64,000 nucleotides of DNA. Origin: Candidatus Parcubacteria bacterium. Lineage in GTDB: Bacteria; Patescibacteriota; Minisyncoccia; Phycocordibacterales; Zambryskibacteraceae. Numbering within the stretch: the first letter of the stretch is position 1; each line of letters starts with the position of its first letter. Both the position numbers and the translations under genes were made by a program. Under the pieces are notes generated by a model, which saw nothing but the letters and a program-made list of their open reading frames with translations, ran no database searches and had not been told where the DNA came from. The DNA is taken from NCBI GenBank assembly GCA_019658995.1, contig JAIFWN010000002.1, positions 29,262-93,261 on the forward strand, in the 5' to 3' direction. Positions 37,481 to 46,700 of the stretch are shown here, piece by piece.

Positions 37481-38389
37481 CTAGTTCCCTGTCAGGGATC
37501 TAGGCATTTTGAAATCTGAGCCGATCATCACTCCGAGATGCAGGAGATAGCTCTTGGCAAAGCGTTTTGACGAGACAAAGTCCCTCGTTGCGATGCTCTT
37601 CAAGTATTCCCTGACATCTTCTTCGTCGGCACCGGGGGCACTCTCCAGGAACTCCGACACCGCCCCGCTGATGTATCCGGTGGACATCGAAGTTCCTGAC
37701 CGACTCTCCTGGAGAACTTTGCTGTTTCCGGTTTTCGCCAGCAGGACATTGTCGCCGGGAGCGTAGAAATCAATACATGGTCCCCATGCGGTTCTCGATG
37801 CTATACCGTAATTGCCGGACCCCATAAAGGTCAGCGACCCTACAGCTATGACGCCCGGAGAGTTAGCGGGCGAGATTCGGCATGCGTTCATGTTGAAGTT
37901 GCCTCCGGCCGCCACTACAATCATGCCGGCATCGCGAAGCCTCTTGACAATAGTATCGACCCACGCTACCCGGAAGGTCGTATCGACGAAGATGGACAGA
38001 TTAGCCACGGCACTGCCCTTGCCGTGCCTCCTGTAGTGCTCGATGGCAGCATCAGCTCCTCTGGAGAGAACAGCCATATTGCCCTTCAGCGTCTTGCATT
38101 TGATGATCCTGATATCGAATACCACTGCATTAGGGTTTACACCCAGGGTTTTACCGGCTATGGCGCTTGCCACGGCGGTACCGTGTCCATTGCAGGAAAC
38201 AGTGTCCTCCGGATAGCCGATAAACCCCATATGCACCCTTCCCCTGAGCTCCGGATGCGTAGCGGATATGCCGCTGTCAAAAACGTAAACGCTCACCGGC
38301 CTCGGCGGTTCGAGAATGCTCGACCGCATTGCGGCTCCCGTGCCGAGAAGAGCAAAGGAGAGCAGCATAACTAAAAGTCTGCTCCGCAT
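37481..38389 (-). CDS. secreted subtilisin-like serine protease (S8 family)
   Basis: The catalytic triad motifs are VFDSGI (Asp), NGHGTAVAS (His) and SGTSMSTG (Ser). A signal peptide MRSRLLVMLLSFALLGTGAAM is present if the start is the internal Met; the longer ORF extends to 38578. Confidence 0.8.
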   Translation of the reverse strand: MRSRLLVMLLSFALLGTGAAMRSSILEPPRPVSVYVFDSGISATHPELRGRVHMGFIGYPEDTVSCNGHGTAVASAIAGKTLGVNPNAVVFDIRIIKCKTLKGNMAVLSRGADAAIEHYRRHGKGSAVANLSIFVDTTFRVAWVDTIVKRLRDAGMIVVAAGGNFNMNACRISPANSPGVIAVGSLTFMGSGNYGIASRTAWGPCIDFYAPGDNVLLAKTGNSKVLQESRSGTSMSTGYISGAVSEFLESAPGADEEDVREYLKSIATRDFVSSKRFAKSYLLHLGVMIGSDFKMPRSLTGN

Positions 38390-38457
38390 GGTCCACCTCC
38401 ATAGAAAAGAGCTCTGCAGCAATTGTCTTACCGCAGAGCTCTTTGTGTCAATTGACT

Positions 38458-38643
38458 CTAGCGCCTCTTGAGTGCCTGGTACGAAAGGTATCCAGCTACA
38501 ATGACCGCTACCCAGCTCGCCCACATGGGCACGAACGAGGTGCCGAACGCAACCGGCGTCGCAGTAAGAGCTCTCCAAAGGTGCAGGACCGCAACAAGGA
38601 GAAATATCGTACCGGATGCCTTCATGTATGAACTATGGCTCAT
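38458..38643 (-). CDS. hypothetical small membrane protein (2 TM, 61 aa)
   Basis: The product is hydrophobic. A perfect TATAAT lies upstream near 38670. The ORF overlaps the alternative long start of the protease ORF. Confidence 0.35.
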   Translation of the reverse strand: MSHSSYMKASGTIFLLVAVLHLWRALTATPVAFGTSFVPMWASWVAVIVAGYLSYQALKRR

Positions 38644-38726
38644 TTGAATTTAACTATTGCTAACTCATCCATTATAATCCCGAATTTGACATCGGAAACG
38701 GCATGTGTGGATAAAAAAGCGATTCA

Positions 38727-40100
38727 CTATCTTTGATCATGCGGATCAAAGATAGATGGTGACAGCTTCTCTCCATTAAGTATCCGGGAAATTCGCTTGC
38801 CTCCGTATATAGAAGGCAATATTCCGACTCCATTGCATCCGAGATTATACATAAGAACGGGGTTCAAGGGCTCAGGACCGACGCGCCGAACACCGTTCGG
38901 CGTATAACCCATGAGTCCATGCCAGCTGAAAATGTATTCGATCTTCTTGTTGGGATCGATGTCGTAGAGCGATTTTACGAAGCTGTCGGTCTCTTTCGAC
39001 ACCTCGTCCTTGTACTCGTATTCAAAAACATATTCTTCCCTGTCAGGGATAGCATGCTGAGGACCACCGAGGCATATGAGGTTATGCCTGCCGTGGTTGT
39101 ACTCATAAGCTCTCCTAGTGAGGTAAAAATACGGATCCTCCATATCATCGAATCCCGGCTGCGGAGTAAGATAATAGCTTATGGCTATAGGAGATTTATT
39201 CATAGTCTCGATATAGCCACTCATCCTGCCGACTACTCCATTGATATCATGATGAAAGCGCGTATCTATCCCGAGACCTGCCGCATTGAAAATCTCAAGA
39301 TTTTCGAACCCATTAGTACAAAGCACGACCCGCCTGACAGTAGCACTGCATGTACCTACATCCAAAAGAGCATGATCATCCTTGAGGACAACCTTATGTA
39401 CTTTGGAATTTTCAAAGATTGAAAACCTGCCGGCATATTTCTTGAGCAGATACTGCGCCACTTCCTCGGTGAAAAGTGCCGAATTCAACACTCCCCTAGG
39501 CTGTTCCGAGACGGCAATGAATCCTGACTTTCCTGTCTCGAGGCGATCGAGCACCTCCTTGTGCGGCACCAGAGTGTAGAAACCAGCGTATTTCTCGGAT
39601 ATATTTTTGCCGAAGTCAGCGTCTTCGGATATGTAGAGCATCTCTGGCTTAAGGCCTCCCGCAGCGCGTAAAATATTTTTCTTCAGATGATCCATGACCT
39701 GATCGAAAGTGGAGAAACCATCATATCCGATGAAGCGGGAAAAATAGATATCGAGCCCTGCCTCGGTATAAATTTGGTCTATCAGTTCCCAAGCCAGTTC
39801 GATGTCACGTTGCCCTTCCGTAGCAAGAACCGCTCCAAACTCCTCTACAAGTTCATGAAACGGACGCTCGAAATAGCTCGCTACCTGTCCGGCATTGTGT
39901 CCTGTGGCACCGTGGGCAATCTTACCCGCCTCGAGAAGAACTATACTCTTGTCGGTATCACGAAGGGCAAAGAAAGCCGTGGAGATGCCGGCGATACCCC
40001 CGCCGACGATAGCCACATCGGCTTCGATATCACTATGCAGTGCCACAATTGGCCTCGTGCGGCTGATCTGGTGTATCCAGGGAGAATAATTTTTAGACAT
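38727..40100 (-). CDS. FAD-dependent oxidoreductase (DAO/glycine oxidase-like)
   Basis: The protein has an N-terminal Rossmann dinucleotide-binding motif DVAIVGGGIAGISTA. Confidence 0.75.
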   Translation of the reverse strand: MSKNYSPWIHQISRTRPIVALHSDIEADVAIVGGGIAGISTAFFALRDTDKSIVLLEAGKIAHGATGHNAGQVASYFERPFHELVEEFGAVLATEGQRDIELAWELIDQIYTEAGLDIYFSRFIGYDGFSTFDQVMDHLKKNILRAAGGLKPEMLYISEDADFGKNISEKYAGFYTLVPHKEVLDRLETGKSGFIAVSEQPRGVLNSALFTEEVAQYLLKKYAGRFSIFENSKVHKVVLKDDHALLDVGTCSATVRRVVLCTNGFENLEIFNAAGLGIDTRFHHDINGVVGRMSGYIETMNKSPIAISYYLTPQPGFDDMEDPYFYLTRRAYEYNHGRHNLICLGGPQHAIPDREEYVFEYEYKDEVSKETDSFVKSLYDIDPNKKIEYIFSWHGLMGYTPNGVRRVGPEPLNPVLMYNLGCNGVGILPSIYGGKRISRILNGEKLSPSIFDPHDQR

Positions 40101-40183
40101 TCAGTGTATGAATTTTAGCATAAAGGGAAACCATCTCATTTGGGACAAATGTGAGACAGTCTCATCTAGCGGGTCAATGTTTG

Positions 40184-40256
40184 CTCCGCGACCAGGGCTC
40201 GAACCTGGGACATCCTCCTTAACAGGGAGGCGCTCTACCAACTGAGCTATCGCGGA
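40184..40256 (-). tRNA. tRNA-Asn (anticodon GUU)
   Basis: The sequence TCCGCGATAGCTCAGTTGGTAGAGCGCCTCCCTGTTAAGGAGGATGTCCCAGGTTCGAGCCCTGGTCGCGGAG folds as a cloverleaf with anticodon loop cuGUUaa. Confidence 0.9.
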
Positions 40257-40495
40257 ATATATTTTCTAACAAATTCTCTACCTCTATAAGACTTGAGCTG
40301 TTTCTCTCGCACTAGGGCTTTCTGTCGCGATTCTACTTCCTCAGTGTAGACAAGCTCCCATCTGCCGCCACCTCTGGATGTATATCCTTTAAGTATTCCA
40401 CTTCTATGCAAATCTAAGCGATTTTTCAGATCTTTAGTCTGACCAATGTAGATTTGGTCACGCTCAGAATTGTATAGAGCATAAACGGTATACAT
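40247..40495 (-). CDS. small GIY-YIG nuclease-domain protein (82 aa)
   Basis: The protein has MYTVYALYNSERDQIYIGQTKDLKNRLDLH, matching the GIY-x10-YIG module. Its last codons (KYIPR*) are encoded by the first nucleotides of tRNA-Asn. Confidence 0.7.
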   Translation of the reverse strand: MYTVYALYNSERDQIYIGQTKDLKNRLDLHRSGILKGYTSRGGGRWELVYTEEVESRQKALVREKQLKSYRGREFVRKYIPR

Positions 40496-40515
40496 CCCTT
40501 GTCTATCCGCTCTAC

Positions 40516-40560
40516 CATCCGCCAGCTGGCGGAGAGCTATCGCGGAATATGAGGATCATA
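40516..40560 (-). repeat. degenerate partial duplicate of the tRNA-Asn 5' half (acceptor and D-arm with a 16-nt insertion)
   Basis: On the minus strand the sequence atattccgcgatagctc[tccgccagctggcgga]tggtagagcgg matches atattccgcgatagctcagttggtagagcgcc of the genuine tRNA. Seventeen nt are identical, after which a GGTAGAGCG block resumes. Confidence 0.6.
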
Positions 40561-40585
40561 CCAAAACAGCACCGGAGAATAAAGA

Positions 40586-41005
40586 CTAAGGGCAAATGAC
40601 CACATCGCCCGGATCGGCTGCCAGATATTTCGATCCCCTGGCATCCACGCACCAGTATCCCCCGCCTCCCGTGAGATTGGCCGAGACAGCGTAATCGGCG
40701 CCATTGGCATTACAGGTCAAGTGGGTCTCGGCTGGATAACTTGCCTCGGTCGTATAGGTAGACATGTTCAGCTCACTTGTAGCAAACATCCCTGACGAGC
40801 AGTCCGAGGCGCTGCCGAAGGTGCCGGCAGACTCATGATAATTTTCCGCGGCGGTACGAAGACTCGTGAGCTGGGATTTGATCTTGGAGTCATTACTCCT
40901 CCCTCTTGCGCTGCTTAAACCACTAAGTATAAGAGTAGAGAGTATAGCGATGATGGCTATAGACATCAGCAATTCTATGAGAGTGAAGCCCTTGCTCGTA
41001 TGCAT
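40586..41005 (-). CDS. type IV pilin / pseudopilin with a prepilin-type N-terminal methylation motif
   Basis: The N-terminus KGFTLIELLMSIAIIAIL is the class III signal peptide. A TATAAT lies just upstream. Confidence 0.8.
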   Translation of the reverse strand: MHTSKGFTLIELLMSIAIIAILSTLILSGLSSARGRSNDSKIKSQLTSLRTAAENYHESAGTFGSASDCSSGMFATSELNMSTYTTEASYPAETHLTCNANGADYAVSANLTGGGGYWCVDARGSKYLAADPGDVVICP

Positions 41006-41017
41006 GAGCTAATTATA

Positions 41018-41046
41018 CATAAAGAAAAAGCCACCCAAGGGTGGCT
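41018..41046 (-). terminator. rho-independent terminator
   Basis: An 8-bp hairpin agccaccc/gggtggct is followed by UUUUUCUUU on the minus strand. Confidence 0.6.
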
Positions 41047-41047
41047 A

Positions 41048-42172
41048 TCAATCAAAAAGTGTTACCTGGAACTTATCTCGCAGTACAAGCTTACGCTCCT
41101 CTGGTTCAGGCGGCCGCGAAGCCAGCACCCTAGGCACATCAAGAAGTAATATCTGCTCGTTGTGCGGTCTGGGCCTCTCACCACGGATTTCAAGAAAACC
41201 GTTGTTGTATTGCCTTGCTGATGGCAGGCTCCAGCGGCAAACGCTTTCAACCGAACATTGTCCACAGGTGGAATAGTACCTATCTACCCGTTCCATTGGC
41301 CAGCTTAGACGCTTGGCAAATACTTCGGTAGCCCTTCCACGATAACCGGAGGTACTTGACCCGTTGCCTTGGCTGACGCTACAGAAATCGCGCGAGAGAT
41401 ACCATAGAGCATTGGAGAAGTCGATAACATCATCGACAGTCGCGCAATACTTGAGGTAGAGCTCACGAGCTACTGGCGAAACTTCGTAGAACTCGTAGCG
41501 GGTTCCGGGCCCCATTTCAAGAGCCAGCAGGGATTCCGTGGATGCCATCACCCTGATGTTGTGCGTATCCACGGGACCGGGATGCATCAGCGGCTTGACC
41601 AGCTTCGCATTGATCAGAAAATAGAGGAACATACTGACCATCTTGTGGCGAAGGCCCATGAATCCGGTTGGAGAGCTTGGATCTCCCTTCCCATTCATGA
41701 AGGTCTCGCAAAGTTCCTCATAATTCCGGGCCTTATCGAAAATGAGCAACGGATTGCTGTCCCAGAAACGCGCCAGCTTCTTGAGATTGAAATTCCAGAA
41801 CCTGACAGTCTCTCGAACGTTGAATCCAAGTCCATTCTCTTTCAGAATCTTGTGCATCCTCGCACGTAGGTTCATGAGTCTGAAGCCGTGCAACATGAAG
41901 GTTTGAGGATCAAACATCCAAGGATGCTCGTCGTAAACCTTGCAAAGCCTCAGGAAGGCCTGCGCGCTATCGATCCGACCCCTCATGTAGAGAAGCCCAA
42001 CCAAGAGCCATACTGCGTGCTGGACACTGCCGGGAATGAGAGTCCTCGGCAGCCTTGCCGGCACCGGCTCAGCATGATCGAATGGCGGAAGCTTACGCCT
42101 CCAGGCGTCGATGAGGGTCCGCACGACCCACTCGGCGCGTTCGTGATTGATCACGTATCGCGGTTGGGTCAT
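41048..42172 (-). CDS. HhH-GPD superfamily DNA glycosylase-like protein (divergent, with an atypical C-terminal Cys cluster)
   Basis: The protein has …GFMGLRHKMVSMFLYF…PVDTHNIRVMAS… (HhH followed by a PVDTH Gly/Pro-Asp loop) and a C-terminal CGQCSVESVC (C-x2-C-x5-C) plus upstream Cys residues. Confidence 0.45.
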   Translation of the reverse strand: MTQPRYVINHERAEWVVRTLIDAWRRKLPPFDHAEPVPARLPRTLIPGSVQHAVWLLVGLLYMRGRIDSAQAFLRLCKVYDEHPWMFDPQTFMLHGFRLMNLRARMHKILKENGLGFNVRETVRFWNFNLKKLARFWDSNPLLIFDKARNYEELCETFMNGKGDPSSPTGFMGLRHKMVSMFLYFLINAKLVKPLMHPGPVDTHNIRVMASTESLLALEMGPGTRYEFYEVSPVARELYLKYCATVDDVIDFSNALWYLSRDFCSVSQGNGSSTSGYRGRATEVFAKRLSWPMERVDRYYSTCGQCSVESVCRWSLPSARQYNNGFLEIRGERPRPHNEQILLLDVPRVLASRPPEPEERKLVLRDKFQVTLFD

Positions 42173-42309
42173 AAGTCCTCTTTGATTGAGAAGGTTCGAT
42201 CTAGTCTTGGAGCATTATATGTTGCAAAAGAAGGTTGTCTACTAGCGGAGACTTCGCCTCATCCTTATAATCTCAGTTAGATTATCGGACTTTAACAAGC
42301 GAGGACTCA

Positions 42310-43104
42310 ATGGCTAGCGCACATGCCGAGTATAACTGGCTGCGTTCGCGAGCCATGGATACTCAGGGTAAGGCAGGTCTGCTTTACGAATGCCTCATGG
42401 CCGAAGCTCTCGGCTGCGAAATTTCAGAACGCGGCAAAGCCGAATATGCTGATATTTACTCCGAAAGGCTAGGTATCCGTGTTGAAATCAAGGCCCGTGG
42501 TGATAACAATCCACACGGATTCAGGGTCGATCAGATACTGCATTACGAATGGGACCTGCCTGCAGAGCTGAGACATACACTTTACGCCGTTGTCCTGTAC
42601 AGAAGCAGACGTGCGATACGCAAGGGCGAGGCTCCGCCCAATGGATTCAGTACCAAGACAACAATGGTTTCGATGCTTCGCTTTCTCAAGACTGACGAGC
42701 AAAGAAACCAGTTCTGGGCAGAAAATGTGACTGTCGTATACCTTCTTGACCTCCGAGTCATCAACGGCCTGGAAAGCCTCTTGGGTACGGTCAAGGGCCA
42801 TTTTGCCGGCAGACCAGATGAGATGGATCTTGTAGTAAATCGAACAGTACTCACTGAATTGTTTCAAGACGCGAGCCTCACAAGCTCGCTGAAGAAGCTC
42901 CATCTGAGTCCATCGGGATGGGCAAAGGGTGTATACCCGATGAAGGTACGCTTCCAGTGTCCGATCATGGATCCGGATGTAAGCGGTCGAGTGATCAGAC
43001 ACCAAACCCTTGACTCAGGCTTCACCATGATTACTCTGGTTCGCCGGAATCTCCACGCCCAGTTGGCTCAGGAGATATCAGCAAGGACTCTCGCACTCGT
43101 GTGA
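42310..43104 (+). CDS. hypothetical protein, possibly a PD-(D/E)xK nuclease fold
   Basis: The protein has an …EYADIYSERLGIRVEIKAR… D…E-x-K-like motif. The gene is divergent from the glycosylase-like gene. Confidence 0.35.
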   Translation: MASAHAEYNWLRSRAMDTQGKAGLLYECLMAEALGCEISERGKAEYADIYSERLGIRVEIKARGDNNPHGFRVDQILHYEWDLPAELRHTLYAVVLYRSRRAIRKGEAPPNGFSTKTTMVSMLRFLKTDEQRNQFWAENVTVVYLLDLRVINGLESLLGTVKGHFAGRPDEMDLVVNRTVLTELFQDASLTSSLKKLHLSPSGWAKGVYPMKVRFQCPIMDPDVSGRVIRHQTLDSGFTMITLVRRNLHAQLAQEISARTLALV

Positions 43105-43132
43105 GGGTCTTTTTTATTGTTATAATAAAGAT

Positions 43133-43681
43133 ATGAAAACTCTCCTTGGCCTCATAGTGGTGGCTGTTATAGCCTTCTTCGGCTGGCAGTATTGGCAAGA
43201 TCATGCAAACATCACTGGCCCAGATATAAAGATTTCCAAGGATACGAGCAGACCAGATCCTTCCAATGCGACCTTCGACTTCGAGGACGGCCCAATCACT
43301 CTGAAAAACGGTTCGGCAAGCACCGAACTTGCGCCGGGAAGCGTCCTCTCACTCGATACCGAGATTACCAGGGACATAACCTACGGAGACGTGAACGGCG
43401 ACGGCAAAAATGACGCCGCACTCATCATCCTGCAGTCCGGCGGAGGCTCAGGCATGTTCGTATATATTGCCGCTTATGTTTCCGGTAACGTTAGTTACAA
43501 GGGTTCCAATGCAATACTTCTCGGTGATCGTGTCTCTCCACAGACTGTATCGATAAACGGAGATGGAATCGTAACCGTAAAATATTTAGACAGAAGATCC
43601 GGTGAGCCGCTGGCCGCCGAACCGACCATAGAGGTAACCAAGTATTTCGTATACCGCGGAGGCCAGCTTGAAGAAAGGTAG
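43133..43681 (+). CDS. hypothetical membrane-anchored or secreted protein
   Basis: The 182-aa ORF has an N-terminal TM/signal (MKTLLGLIVVAVIAFFGW) and a Gly/Asp-rich beta-like domain. Confidence 0.5.
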   Translation: MKTLLGLIVVAVIAFFGWQYWQDHANITGPDIKISKDTSRPDPSNATFDFEDGPITLKNGSASTELAPGSVLSLDTEITRDITYGDVNGDGKNDAALIILQSGGGSGMFVYIAAYVSGNVSYKGSNAILLGDRVSPQTVSINGDGIVTVKYLDRRSGEPLAAEPTIEVTKYFVYRGGQLEER

Positions 43682-43707
43682 AAAACGTGCTTTAATTGTT
43701 CCTCATG

Positions 43708-45489
43708 CAAATCAGGAACATCGCTATTATCGCGCACGTCGACCACGGCAAGACTACGCTCACTGACGCCATCCTCCGCCAGAACGGAATGTTTGCCGAG
43801 GGCGAGAGCATGGACAGCAATGCCCTGGAGAAGGAGCGCGGTATCACTATTTATGCCAAAAATACCTCCCTCTTCTACAAGGATACAAAAATAAACATCG
43901 TAGACACTCCGGGCCACTCTGACTTCGGCTCTGAAGTCGAGCGGGTGCTGCGTTCCATAGACACGGTGCTCCTAGTAGTCGATGCGCAGGAAGGACCTAT
44001 GCCCCAGACCCGCTTCGTCTTGAAGAAATCCCTGGAACTCGGTCTGAAGCCTATAGTAGTTATCAATAAAATAGACAAACCGGCCGCTCGCCCCGACGCC
44101 GTCCACGAGATGGTACTCGAACTCTTCCTAGAACTCGGTGCCGATAACGACCAGATCAACTTTCCCACTGTTTATGCCATCGGCCGCGAGGGCATTGCTA
44201 AGAAAAATTTGACTGATGAATCCAAAGATCTTTCACCCCTACTCGATGTCGTATTGGAAAAGGTCCCGCCAGCTCCGCAGAATCTTGAAGTGCCTGCTCG
44301 CCTTCAGCCCTTCAATCTGGCATACGACAACTTCCTAGGCCGTCTGGCTATTGCTCGTATATACGATGGCAAGATTTGTAACGGACAGGAGGTCTGGGTC
44401 AAAAAGCCTAATGGCGAGAGCTATAAAGGTAAGATCACCAAACTCTTCACCTTTGAGGGTATCAAGCGCATCGAGAGTGCTGAGGCTGTGGCTGGTGACA
44501 TTGTCATGCTCGCAGGATTTTCAGAAATTTATATTGGCGATACCATTGTCGGTTCTCCGGACTCCGAAGCCCTGCCAGCAATTAATGTCGACGAGCCAAC
44601 CATATCTCTCCGGTTCCTAGTGAACGACTCACCCTTCGCCGGCAAGGAGGGTAAGTTCGTCACTGGCCGTCAGATTCGCGAGCGGCTCGAAAGGGAACTC
44701 GAGGTGAACGTGGGGCTCAGAGTCGACTTCTCATCGAGCGAATTTCTCACAGTTTACGGACGCGGCGAACTTCATATCGCCATTCTTTGCGAGAACATGC
44801 GCCGGGAGGGCTTTGAGCTTCAGGTCTCCCAGCCACACGTCATTATGAAGGAGGAGAACGGAGTTAAGACCGAACCGTATGAGGAGGTCGTCATCGACGT
44901 GCCTGAGGAGATGAGCGGAACCATCATATCCCACCTGACAGCCAAGCGTGCCCAGCTTATGGATATGAAAACTGAGAATGGCCAGACCCGCATAATCTTC
45001 GAAGCACCGACAAGGGCGCTTCTCGGCTATCGGGGACAGTTCATTGTGGATACCAAGGGTTTGGGTATCTTTGCCTCCCGCTTCACGGGATTCAAGGAAT
45101 ATGCGGGCCAGATCGAACACCACGATGTTGGCTCGATGATCTCGATGGAGAACGGCAAGGCCCTGGCCTTCGCCCTCGATAACCTGCAGCAGAGGGGTGT
45201 GCTTTATATAGAGCCGTCTGACGAAGTGTATGAGGGTCAGGTTATCGGCAATACCTCCAAGGGCGAGGATTTGTATGTGAACCCAACCAAGGGCAAGCAG
45301 CTCACCAACATGCGCGCATCCGGTTCTGACGAGGGTATCTTTCTAGTTCCGGCTTGGAAATTATCAATCGAGAGGGCAATGGAAATCATGAAAGATGATG
45401 AATACATAGAGATCACTCCCGAGTCCGTGCGTTTACGGAAGCAGCTTCTGACCCAGCAGTCCCGTGCCAAGGCTCAGAGAAAGGCTTAG
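43708..45489 (+). CDS. typA: translational GTPase TypA/BipA
   Basis: The protein has G motifs AHVDHGKTTL, DTPGH and NKIDK, plus an EF-G-like domain architecture. The start is taken at MQIRNIAII. Confidence 0.9.
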   Translation, partial: QIRNIAIIAHVDHGKTTLTDAILRQNGMFAEGESMDSNALEKERGITIYAKNTSLFYKDTKINIVDTPGHSDFGSEVERVLRSIDTVLLVVDAQEGPMPQTRFVLKKSLELGLKPIVVINKIDKPAARPDAVHEMVLELFLELGADNDQINFPTVYAIGREGIAKKNLTDESKDLSPLLDVVLEKVPPAPQNLEVPARLQPFNLAYDNFLGRLAIARIYDGKICNGQEVWVKKPNGESYKGKITKLFTFEGIKRIESAEAVAGDIVMLAGFSEIYIGDTIVGSPDSEALPAINVDEPTISLRFLVNDSPFAGKEGKFVTGRQIRERLERELEVNVGLRVDFSSSEFLTVYGRGELHIAILCENMRREGFELQVSQPHVIMKEENGVKTEPYEEVVIDVPEEMSGTIISHLTAKRAQLMDMKTENGQTRIIFEAPTRALLGYRGQFIVDTKGLGIFASRFTGFKEYAGQIEHHDVGSMISMENGKALAFALDNLQQRGVLYIEPSDEVYEGQVIGNTSKGEDLYVNPTKGKQLTNMRASGSDEGIFLVPAWKLSIERAMEIMKDDEYIEITPESVRLRKQLLTQQSRAKAQRKA

Positions 45490-45506
45490 GCTAGCGGCCG
45501 AGGGAT

Positions 45507-45896
45507 TTAAAATAAAATCCCCACACGCTTTTGGTGCGGGGGATTTCTGGTTTTCAGCGGCGCGAATTTGCCATGCTTCCTGTAATACACGGCATCGTCG
45601 TAAAATATTAGCAAGGCTTTGCGATCTTGGATTTGAGACGGAAAGAAATTGGCGCAGACTGGACCGGTGATTATCGATGGCGCTTTCCTTAGCTGAGCAG
45701 CCAAAGTATCGTTTACCATCTTTCCGGCTTTGGCATCCCTATCAGTGGCAAGTCGCCCCAGACCGTAAGCAGCCAGCACTCGGACACAAACATTCAGGCT
45801 ATCTGGTTTGGGACTGCTCTGCTGAATATCCTCGGATATAGCTGACACTGATGTACAGAAAAGAAGCATAATGATACAAACTGCGAATTTCTTCAT
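45507..45896 (-). CDS. hypothetical secreted small protein (signal peptide)
   Basis: The N-terminus MKKFAVCIIMLLFCTSVSAISE looks like a signal peptide. The C-terminal part overlaps the terminator hairpin. Confidence 0.4.
   Translation of the reverse strand: MKKFAVCIIMLLFCTSVSAISEDIQQSSPKPDSLNVCVRVLAAYGLGRLATDRDAKAGKMVNDTLAAQLRKAPSIITGPVCANFFPSQIQDRKALLIFYDDAVYYRKHGKFAPLKTRNPPHQKRVGILF
45516..45550. terminator. bidirectional terminator-like hairpin
   Basis: The stem atccccacac…gtgcggggat has one mismatch. It is flanked by a U-tract on each strand. It lies inside the predicted C-terminus of ORF 45507..45896, which casts doubt on that ORF end. Confidence 0.45.
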
Positions 45897-45943
45897 GGGA
45901 TCTCACTAGAATGTCTTCAGAAAAAGACGTTCGTTTTAACCTG

Positions 45944-46684
45944 TTATTGCAATTTATGTTCTCCTACTCTCGTGCGTTTGATGCTATATGCCAGAGCGTG
46001 AGTGTCGAGCAATTTGCCCATCTCGTGGGCCAGGCTGCGAATATATGTGCCGCTTGAGACATCGGCTTTGAATTTGGAGATCAGGGCCAGCTCTCCGGGC
46101 TTGAGCATGCGCTTCCAGAGCGAAGCGATTTCTTCTTGTCTGAAGTCGCCCTTCACTAGGTCAATGTTTTTCAAAATCTCTTCAAGAATTTCACTCTGCT
46201 TAAGCATCCTTGTCCGGATGTGCTCTATGTTGAAAATTTTTATCTGCCTGGTTGGTATATCAACCTCATCAATCTTTCCCTCTCTGGCCCAGGCATGGAG
46301 TGGTTTACCCCCTACGGTGCGCGAAGAGTAAGCCGGATAGACCTGTGTCTTCTTGTTAGCAATGACTTTCAGCATCTTAGGCATCTTCTTTTCCAAATCC
46401 AGAGGCATGCGTCCCGTGGCGGTTATTAGCCCGAGCGTGTCGTAAGTATCGGTTTCAAAACCCCATAGCACCTCAAACTCGTAAGCTTTGTCCCACTCCA
46501 GGTATTCATCCTTATTACGTGTATCTCCAGCAAGAACGAAGAGAAGTCCTTCGGCCATCGGATCGAGCCGACCAAGGTAGGTCATAGGAGTATTCTCATA
46601 TTCCGGCCTCCCGGCCTTAAACCGCTCGATGCATTCAAGCGGCGTTTCGCCCAGGCGTTTATAGAGTTTCAATATCTCGCTCAT
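45944..46684 (-). CDS. truB: tRNA pseudouridine(55) synthase TruB
   Basis: The protein has …TYLGRLDPMAEGLLFVLAGD…, the catalytic Asp motif of the TruB family. The start is taken at MSEILKL. Confidence 0.8.
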   Translation of the reverse strand: MSEILKLYKRLGETPLECIERFKAGRPEYENTPMTYLGRLDPMAEGLLFVLAGDTRNKDEYLEWDKAYEFEVLWGFETDTYDTLGLITATGRMPLDLEKKMPKMLKVIANKKTQVYPAYSSRTVGGKPLHAWAREGKIDEVDIPTRQIKIFNIEHIRTRMLKQSEILEEILKNIDLVKGDFRQEEIASLWKRMLKPGELALISKFKADVSSGTYIRSLAHEMGKLLDTHALAYSIKRTRVGEHKLQ

Positions 46685-46700
46685 ACAGTATAATAACCAC

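Noticed and set aside
45518-45545. A terminator hairpin that lies inside the predicted C-terminus of ORF 45507..45896.
   Set aside because: It is not a separate regulatory finding. It only lowers confidence in the 3' end of that hypothetical ORF, and the hairpin is retained as a feature.
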